The notes beneath the pieces were generated by a model. The model did not search any database and was not told the DNA's origin. It worked only from the letters and a program-made list of their open reading frames with translations. A program made the translations under genes and the position numbers. Below, piece by piece: positions 57,285 to 64,000 of a stretch of 64,000 nt of DNA; position 1 is the first letter of the stretch, and the number at the start of each line of letters is the position of its first letter. Source of the DNA: Abditibacteriaceae bacterium (GTDB lineage Bacteria; Armatimonadota; Abditibacteriia; Abditibacteriales; Abditibacteriaceae); assembly GCA_965277285.1 (NCBI GenBank), contig OZ255721.1:1216001-1280000 (forward strand), given 5' to 3'.

Positions 57285-59579
57285 TTAACTGGGTTGAAAA
57301 ACGCTGAAGACGCTGGAAAAATCGTCCGTCCAGACGCCGATTTTGTCGCTTGTCGGACAAGGTTTCCAGCGTTGATCGTCGGCCAAAGTTCCCAAATCGG
57401 CACGATTGCGCGCGACAACCGCGAAGTGCGAAGCAGTTTTCCCGCGCGCCGCTTCCACCGCGCTAATTTCGCCTTGATCTTGATGCAGGCAAACCAATCC
57501 GGCGTCTTTGGACAAATTGCCCAGCACGGGCGCGATGTTCAGGTGACGATTCGAGATATTGAAAATCATCAGGCCGTGCGGCGCCAGCTTCGACAAATAA
57601 ATTTGCATCGCCTGGCGCGTCAAAAGGTGAATCGGCAACGAATCGGAACTGTAAGCATCCAAAATCAGCACGTCGTAAGACGCGGGTTGCGCGCGCGAAA
57701 GCGTCAGGCGACCATCGCCCAAAATCACTTTCAGCGGCGCCGGACAATCGCGCAAATAAGTGAAAAACTTGGGGTTGCGCGCGATTTGTTCGACGACCGG
57801 ATCAATTTCGTAAAACGTCCAATCTTGCCCACGTTGCGCATAGCTGGAAATGCCGCCCGCGCCCAGTCCGACAACAGCGATTTTCCAGTTTTTGCTGCGC
57901 TCCTGGAAACTGGTGAACGCTTGTCCCAGCGGGCCGGTGCGATAGTAATAGGCTTGCGCTTCGCGTTGCGGCGTGGGCAGCCACCGTTGACTGCCGTGCA
58001 ACGTGTCGCCGTGAACGATCTGGTGCAGTTGTCCCGTTTGGTCAAAGGTCACGCGATGCACGCCGAAAAAGCTGCGCGCCGTGTAAATGACAATTCCCTG
58101 CCCGTTCAGATAAAAGGTTCCGGCCAGCAAAATCGCGCCGATGCCGAGCGAGAAACGTAAAGGACGACGCGAAAACACAAAGCACGCAAACGCCGGAATG
58201 CCGAACAACAAGCCCGTTGTTTCCGGCCCGGCTTCCAAGCGCTTTTGTAAAAACGTCACCAAACCAAAAGTCGCCAAGCCCAAAATCGTCGGCAAAACCC
58301 AATCGAGTACTCGACTGCGCAACAATTTTTCCGGTGCGACTTGGGTCGCCAAAGGTCGCAAAGCGAGAGCGCACGCCAGCACCAATGTCAATGGATATTC
58401 GACAACGGTGGAAAACAAAACCGGCGCCAGCAACGCGTTGAACGCGCCGCCTAAAACGCCGCCCAGCGACATCCAGAAATAAAACTCGGTCAAGTGTTGC
58501 GCCGAAGGTCGATCCGCCACGATTTGGCCGTGACAGACGAGCGTAATCACGAAGAACACCAGCAAATGCAACGGCAACAGCAACGCTGTCGGGTGATTGG
58601 CGCGCGAGGCGAGCGCAACGACCAAAGGCAAAATCAGCAAGGCCAGGGCGCGCGTCGCCAGCATTTGCGGGATGATTTGTCGCTGCGAGAAAACCAGAAT
58701 AAAGGTCAGCAGATAAAGTACGAGCGGCACGATCCACATCAGCGGCACGGCGGCGACATCGGTTGAAAGATACGTCGTCACGCTCATCATCAAACTGGAT
58801 GGCACAAACGCCAGCAAAACCCAGTTCAAGCGACGCGCATTCGATGGCGCATCATCCTTTGCCAAGGTCGAAGTTTCCGCAAATCGAGTACTCGAAATGG
58901 TTTGCGCCTCAGGCGATTGCGCGTGACGCCACAAAAAACCGACGCTAATCAGCGTGCAAGCGATAAACAGCAGATAGCCGTTGCGCCACAGTAGGCTTTG
59001 ATCCATCAGGCGCAGGCGCGGCTCCAGCAAAATCGGATAAGAAAGCAAGGCCAGCAAACTTCCGGCATTGCTCGCGGCATACAGAAAATATGGGTCTTTG
59101 GCGGCGGGATGTCCGGTCGCGGCGAACCATTTTTGCAATAAAGGGCTGCTCGCTGACACTACAAAAAACGGCAAGCCGACAGCGACCAACAGCAAACCCA
59201 GCAACCACGGCGCGGGATTCACGTCGGACGGCGGCGTCCAGCCATGAGGAACCACAATCGGCAAAACCAGCAGCGGCAAAAACAACAAAACGCTGTGCGC
59301 GAGGGCTTGATTGCGCACGCCGAACCATTTCGTCGAGAGATGCGCGTAGCCGTAGCCCAGCAACAAAATCGCCTGATAAAACACCATCGTGGTGTTCCAC
59401 ACCGAAGGCGAGCCGCCCAACATCGGCAACACCATGCGCGCGAACATCGGCTGCACCAGAAACAACAACGCTGCGCTGATAAAGATCGTCAGCGTAAAAA
59501 CGGCCACTAAAATCGTCAGGGAAGCCCTGCGTTGGGGAATTCCAACAAAGGACGGAACAGCGACACTCGATTCGCTCAT
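57285..59579 (-). CDS. Fused membrane domain / spermidine synthase-like SAM-binding protein
   Basis: FISAALLF.VQPM, GGSPSVW, PYFLYAASNAGSL, VVGLGAG, FYEIDP, GDGRL, DAYSSD.LP.HLLT, WTDDFS. Confidence 0.94.
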   Translation of the reverse strand: MSESSVAVPSFVGIPQRRASLTILVAVFTLTIFISAALLFLVQPMFARMVLPMLGGSPSVWNTTMVFYQAILLLGYGYAHLSTKWFGVRNQALAHSVLLFLPLLVLPIVVPHGWTPPSDVNPAPWLLGLLLVAVGLPFFVVSASSPLLQKWFAATGHPAAKDPYFLYAASNAGSLLALLSYPILLEPRLRLMDQSLLWRNGYLLFIACTLISVGFLWRHAQSPEAQTISSTRFAETSTLAKDDAPSNARRLNWVLLAFVPSSLMMSVTTYLSTDVAAVPLMWIVPLVLYLLTFILVFSQRQIIPQMLATRALALLILPLVVALASRANHPTALLLPLHLLVFFVITLVCHGQIVADRPSAQHLTEFYFWMSLGGVLGGAFNALLAPVLFSTVVEYPLTLVLACALALRPLATQVAPEKLLRSRVLDWVLPTILGLATFGLVTFLQKRLEAGPETTGLLFGIPAFACFVFSRRPLRFSLGIGAILLAGTFYLNGQGIVIYTARSFFGVHRVTFDQTGQLHQIVHGDTLHGSQRWLPTPQREAQAYYYRTGPLGQAFTSFQERSKNWKIAVVGLGAGGISSYAQRGQDWTFYEIDPVVEQIARNPKFFTYLRDCPAPLKVILGDGRLTLSRAQPASYDVLILDAYSSDSLPIHLLTRQAMQIYLSKLAPHGLMIFNISNRHLNIAPVLGNLSKDAGLVCLHQDQGEISAVEAARGKTASHFAVVARNRADLGTLADDQRWKPCPTSDKIGVWTDDFSSVFSVFQPS

Positions 59580-60107
59580 GCAATCTCTATTACGTGCAAA
59601 TTTTACTTACTGCAAAGGTGTTACAACCTTTCTGCCTTATAAGACTCCGTGAATGACAGAGGAAATATTGTTCTGAGAGGACGTAAATAAGGTCAGTCTG
59701 ACCATTTAATCGGCAGTGCCCTCATAGAAAGTTGATTCAAGTGGTGCGACTTCTGGTTCAGCGATTTCAAAGTGTTTTGCTCATAATCTTTGGAAGTTTT
59801 CGGCAACGCGGCAGTGGAAAGTGGAACATGCAGTGGCACATAATGCTGGTGGTTTGCAAGGCGTGCGAAAGTGCAATGGCGTCCACTTCGCTTGTGTGCA
59901 ACGAGGCTAAAGAATGTTCTTGAACTTGAGGAATTGCGTTATCTATATCGTAAAATCACGGGCGATCCTCAGTTGGTGTTCCTGATGGCTTAGTCACCAC
60001 CAAATGAGACCTACTTATGACGACTCTGCGAACCGCACCACTGTTTTTATCGAATTCGTGTCACGTTTTATCGAAGCCGTGTCACGCGATTAGTCGCTGG
60101 CGACTTT

Positions 60108-61235
60108 TCAGGACGCCGTACCACTGAGCAAGCGCAGTGCGGGTACCTGCGTTTTTTCGAGCTGGGCGCGCACTTCGCGCAATACGGATTCGACGCTGTG
60201 CGTTTCCATGCCAGCATGAGCGGATCCTGTGATTTGTTGCGCATCGAGTACTCGAATCGACTTGGCGCCGGGTTTTTGCACCGGCCCGGTGTGCGAGGAA
60301 GAAGTCGGGCCGAACAACGCGACAATTGGCGCTCCGACAGCCGCCGCGATGTGCATTGGGCCGGTATCGGCTGTCACAAAGGCGTCGCAGCGTTCGGCGA
60401 GCGCGGCCATTTGCATCAAGTTGGCGCGCCCTACAGCAGCCAGCACGCGACCGCGCCACGTATCGCCGGGCGAAAGCGTGCCATCGCTGCGCAACGAACG
60501 CCGCGCCATTTGAAGCGCCGCCAGTTCAGTTTCAAATTGCTCGAACAAAGCGCAATCCGTCGAGGCGCCGAAAACGACGACGCGCGCGCGTTCATCTTCG
60601 CGCAACAACGCATCCGCTAAAGCTGCAAAACGCTCCATCGGCCATCGCTTGAAGGCGTGCGCCGCGCCGAGATTGAGGCCGACCACGCGGTGTTCAGTTT
60701 GAAAACCGGCGCGCCCCAGAAAGTCATCCGCGAAGCGGCGATGCAAAGCCGTAAGCGGAACGCGCGGGAAAAAACGGTCGATGGCGTCCGGCGCGATATC
60801 CAATTGCGCGGCACGTCGCAGATAAAATTCGCGCGCGTGCATCGTGTTGCGCTCGTCTTTCAGCGGTTCCTCGATTTGCTCGTTGCTGCTCCACAAGGCG
60901 ATACGGCGCGCGCTGGAACCCGAAAGACGACGACGCGAACCACTCGCCCACACGAAAAGCGCCGCTTTATCTAAACCTTGCAAATCGAGAGTGACGTCGA
61001 AGTGCTCACGACGCGTGCGCCACAACGCACCCGCCAGACGACGATAACGATGGCGCGCATCGTTCCATAACAGCGTGTCGGAAAGTCCGGGCAAGCCGCA
61101 CACAACCGCCGCCGATTTCGCCTGCACCGCCCACACGATGTCGGCCTGCGGATAACGTTCGCGCAAGGCTTCGACAACCGGCGACGCCAGAACGCAATCG
61201 CCGATGCTGGACAAGCGCACGATGAGAATTTTCAT
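60108..61235 (-). CDS. Glycosyltransferase family 9 (heptosyltransferase-like)
   Basis: MKILIVRLSSIGD, DLQG..K, KRWP, DTGPMHIAAAVGAP.VALFGPT. Confidence 0.96.
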   Translation of the reverse strand: MKILIVRLSSIGDCVLASPVVEALRERYPQADIVWAVQAKSAAVVCGLPGLSDTLLWNDARHRYRRLAGALWRTRREHFDVTLDLQGLDKAALFVWASGSRRRLSGSSARRIALWSSNEQIEEPLKDERNTMHAREFYLRRAAQLDIAPDAIDRFFPRVPLTALHRRFADDFLGRAGFQTEHRVVGLNLGAAHAFKRWPMERFAALADALLREDERARVVVFGASTDCALFEQFETELAALQMARRSLRSDGTLSPGDTWRGRVLAAVGRANLMQMAALAERCDAFVTADTGPMHIAAAVGAPIVALFGPTSSSHTGPVQKPGAKSIRVLDAQQITGSAHAGMETHSVESVLREVRAQLEKTQVPALRLLSGTAS

Positions 61236-61345
61236 TGGCGCGCCAATCCTCGACGGCTGATGTCGAAAATCGCGCTCTGCAAGGGAATCATGTCAACAAC
61301 ATTAACCTATTTGGCATTTTCCTGCACGGCGTTACGATACAATCG

Positions 61346-62407
61346 CTACGCAATCGGCTTTTGCGAATGCGCTTCAAAACCCAGTTGCGCCATCGAGAAC
61401 CTGCGTTCTTCGGGCGAAAGTTGCATCCAGCGCCCATAACCCGCCGCCGCGATCATCGCCGCGTTATCGGTACAAAGAATCGATTGTGGCACCACGAAAT
61501 CAATTCCAAAGCGTGCCGCTGCTTCGTTCAAAGACGCGCGCAAAACGCCGTTCGCCGCCACGCCGCCGCACAAACCCAACGTTTGAATCGGCGCCATCGG
61601 TGTTTCATCACCTTTCGAGTACTCGATATTGGTTTCTGCGTTTGCGAAGAAGTTCAGTGCGCGTTCAACCGTGTTTTGCAGTTGCGCGACGGCGGCTTTT
61701 TGGAAACTGGCGGCGATGTCGGCGACGCGTTGAGGGTTTTTCGCGTGAGCCTGCGCGCCCGCCGTTTTCAAGCCGGAAAAGGAGAAATCGAAAGTGGGTT
61801 CCAACTTGGAAACGCCGAAAGAAAACGCTTTTGGATCACCTTGGCGCGCCGTTTTCTCCAAATTCGGGCCGCCGGGCTGCGGCAAACCCAAGGCACGCGC
61901 CACTTTATCGAATGCTTCACCGACCGCGTCGTCGCGCGTGCGACCCAAACGCTGATAATCGCCGATGCCGCGCATCAAAATCAGATCGGAATGCCCGCCG
62001 CTGACGACCAAGCACAACATCGGAAACGCCAAATCAGGCTTTTGCAATAGGGTCGAAGCGATGTGGCCTTCGACGTGATTAACCGCGATGCAGGGAATTT
62101 CGTGTGCCAACGAAATCGCCTTGGCGGACGCAACGCCAACCAACAGCGCGCCGACCAAACCCGGCGCGTGCGTGACCGCAACCAGATCGAGATCGCGCCA
62201 AGCCAACTCGCTTTCGCGCAAAGCTGCATCCAGCAAAGGATTGAGCATTTCCAAGTGCTTGCGGCTGGCGATTTCCGGCACCACGCCACCAAAAAGCTGA
62301 TGCGCCTCGACTTGCGACGCGATCAAATTGATGAGGATTTCGCGCCCATCGCGCACAATCGCCACGCTTGTTTCATCGCAGCTCGTTTCAATTCCTAAAG
62401 TCAACAT
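61346..62407 (-). CDS. tsaD: tRNA N6-adenosine threonylcarbamoyltransferase
   Basis: LGIETSCDET, GGVVPEIASR.H, PGLVGAL, NHVEGH, VSGGHS, DDAVGEAFDK, FSFSGLKT, GGVAAN, TDNAAMIA. Confidence 0.99.
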   Translation of the reverse strand: MLTLGIETSCDETSVAIVRDGREILINLIASQVEAHQLFGGVVPEIASRKHLEMLNPLLDAALRESELAWRDLDLVAVTHAPGLVGALLVGVASAKAISLAHEIPCIAVNHVEGHIASTLLQKPDLAFPMLCLVVSGGHSDLILMRGIGDYQRLGRTRDDAVGEAFDKVARALGLPQPGGPNLEKTARQGDPKAFSFGVSKLEPTFDFSFSGLKTAGAQAHAKNPQRVADIAASFQKAAVAQLQNTVERALNFFANAETNIEYSKGDETPMAPIQTLGLCGGVAANGVLRASLNEAAARFGIDFVVPQSILCTDNAAMIAAAGYGRWMQLSPEERRFSMAQLGFEAHSQKPIA

Positions 62408-62459
62408 AATTTTGGATGGTGAACAATATCGAGTACTCGAAAGCCTCGGTTTGCTTGCA

Positions 62460-62897
62460 TCAACGTTCTTTGCTCATCAAAATCGAGGTTTCGCCGTCCT
62501 CGTAATAATTGCGGCGCCGTCCGACCGCTTGAAAACCCAGCCGCTGATATAAACGTTGCGCTGAAAAGTTGCTTTCGCGCACTTCCAGATAAATTTTCTG
62601 CGCGCCGAGACGGGCGCATTCTTCTAAAAGCGCGCGAAAAATCGTCTCGCCCAAACCCTGACCGCGCATCGCTTCATCGACCGCCAGCGTGCCGATTTCG
62701 CCTTCGTCGCCGACTGTGTAAGCGACAGCAAAAGCGCACAACATTTCATTATTCAGCGCGACCAAAACGACGTATTTCGGGTCGTGCAGCGCGTCGTGCC
62801 ACGTTTGCGCTTGCCAGGGTTGCGAAAACGACGCCGCATCCAAAGCCACTAAAGCGTGCCAATCTTCAAATCGCGCCGCGCGCAGTTCAAAATCCAT
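62460..62897 (-). CDS. rimI: Ribosomal protein S18-alanine N-acetyltransferase
   Basis: SF..PW, LAV....RGQGLG, LEVRESN..A.RLY..LGF..VGRRRNYY; adjacent to tsaD. Confidence 0.95.
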   Translation of the reverse strand: MDFELRAARFEDWHALVALDAASFSQPWQAQTWHDALHDPKYVVLVALNNEMLCAFAVAYTVGDEGEIGTLAVDEAMRGQGLGETIFRALLEECARLGAQKIYLEVRESNFSAQRLYQRLGFQAVGRRRNYYEDGETSILMSKER

Positions 62898-63016
62898 TGT
62901 CGAGTACTCGAAGCCAACGTATTTGCTGTAGGCGATTTCAAACGTTCAAAACGTAAAGGCTCCCAACGCAAACAATGGAGCACTTTAGACGATTTTGTAA
63001 GAGTTTGTCATTCTGA

Positions 63017-63873
63017 GAGGGTGTATAGGAAAGGGTTAGACTTACATTTATGAAACGCCAGAGCTATCCCAGTGATTTGAGCGAGGCACAATGGCAAGTG
63101 CTGCGCCCTTTGATCGAGCCACAGCGTGCGCGCGGTACGCGCAGGCTTTACGCCCAACGCGAGATCGTCAACGCTTTGTTGTATCAGTTGACCAACGGCT
63201 GCTCGTGGCGTGCTTTGCCTCACGATTTTCCGCCTTACACTGTGGTTTGGTATCACTTCCGGCGCTGGCGTGACAACGGCACTCTCGAAGGTATCCACAG
63301 TTCGTTGCGTTCTCAAGTGCGCCAGGCCGATGGACGGGATGAGGCGCCCAGCGCAGCGATTCTGGACAGCCAGAGCGTCAAAACCACAGAAAAAGGGGGC
63401 CAAAAGGCTTTGATGCAGCCAAGAAAATAAAAGGGCGCAAGCGTCATATTCTAGTGGATACCAACGGCTTGTTGTTGCAAGTGTGTGTTCATGCTGCCAA
63501 CGTTCAAGAGCGTGACGGAGCCAAATTACTTTTGCAAGACAAAGCCCTGTGGCGCTTTCCTTCACAACGTTTGCAGTTGATTTGGGCGGATGCAGGCTAC
63601 TGGGGACACAAGTTCGCGGCTTGGGTGCGAGAAAACTGTGGCGTTGCGCTCCGAGTGATAAGCCGCAATGCCCTGGTGAACCGTCAATATGAAAACAAAG
63701 GCTACGTGCCGTTGCCGCGTCGCTGGGTTGTCGAAAGAACTTTTGCATGGTTGGGAAGATGTCGAAGGCTTTCAAAAGACTATGAGCAAAATGTCAAATC
63801 AAGTGAAACCTGGATTTATCTCGCCATGATCCGGCTTATGCTCCGAAGGCTTGCGTGATTCCTATACACCCTC
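63017..63873 (+). mobile_element. IS5-family insertion sequence (IS1031-like), 857 bp
   Basis: 15-bp perfect TIRs GAGGGTGTATAGGAA / TTCCTATACACCCTC; 3-bp TSD TGA (63014-16, 63874-76). Confidence 0.96.
63050..63858 (+). CDS. IS5-family transposase encoded in two frames joined by a -1 shift
   Basis: [26 protein letters not shown] in 63050-63430; the -1 frame continues [42 protein letters not shown]5G5 at 63390-63399. Confidence 0.93.
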
Positions 63874-64000
63874 TGAGCGCAGCGAAGAATCTGGCGTAAT
63901 GTTAGATTCGGGTGCCCTGCGGGCAGGCTCAGAATGACAAACTGATATTGTGGAGCTTTTTTCACGACTTTCTTACAATCTCTCAGAACGGCAGCTTCTT

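Larger units (their letters stand above)
63003..63942. repeat. Family B REP interrupted by the IS5 element
   Basis: gtttgtcattctga | IS | (tga)gcgcagcgaagaatct...gctcagaatgacaaac rejoins to the family B consensus. Confidence 0.9.

Noticed and set aside
63008..63775. 255-aa minus-strand ORF in the IS
   Set aside because: It is antisense to the transposase with no independent support.

Overview
A gene-dense bacterial chromosome segment of moderately high GC with about 52 protein genes. These include housekeeping genes (alaS, rsgA, cdsA, lysS, rpoZ, bioU/bioF/bioD, tsaD, rimI), many secreted or membrane proteins, several small orphans and one complete IS5-family element. I saw no rRNA, tRNA or CRISPR array. 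The gene style suggests an Armatimonadota/Abditibacteriota-like organism, but this is inference only. The dominant unexplained signal is a 12-bp palindrome, TCGAGTACTCGA, usually flanked by A/T. I counted about 52 exact copies by eye, plus many one-mismatch variants, or roughly one per 1.2 kb. It occurs in all three reading frames of coding genes (peptides SSTR, RVL[DE], [IFV]EYS), at gene junctions, in terminator-like hairpins, in insertion loops of conserved enzymes and at the seams of two fusion proteins, so it resembles a HIP1-like iterated-palindrome system. Other points of note are several nested REP/MITE-like repeat families (one split by the IS5 element), an apparently catalytically dead phosphofructokinase homolog, a BioU-type biotin cluster, LysS with a KTSC tail, and a tandem pair of secreted paralogs sharing a Cys-less Ada-like motif. 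All family assignments come from motif recognition, not database searches.
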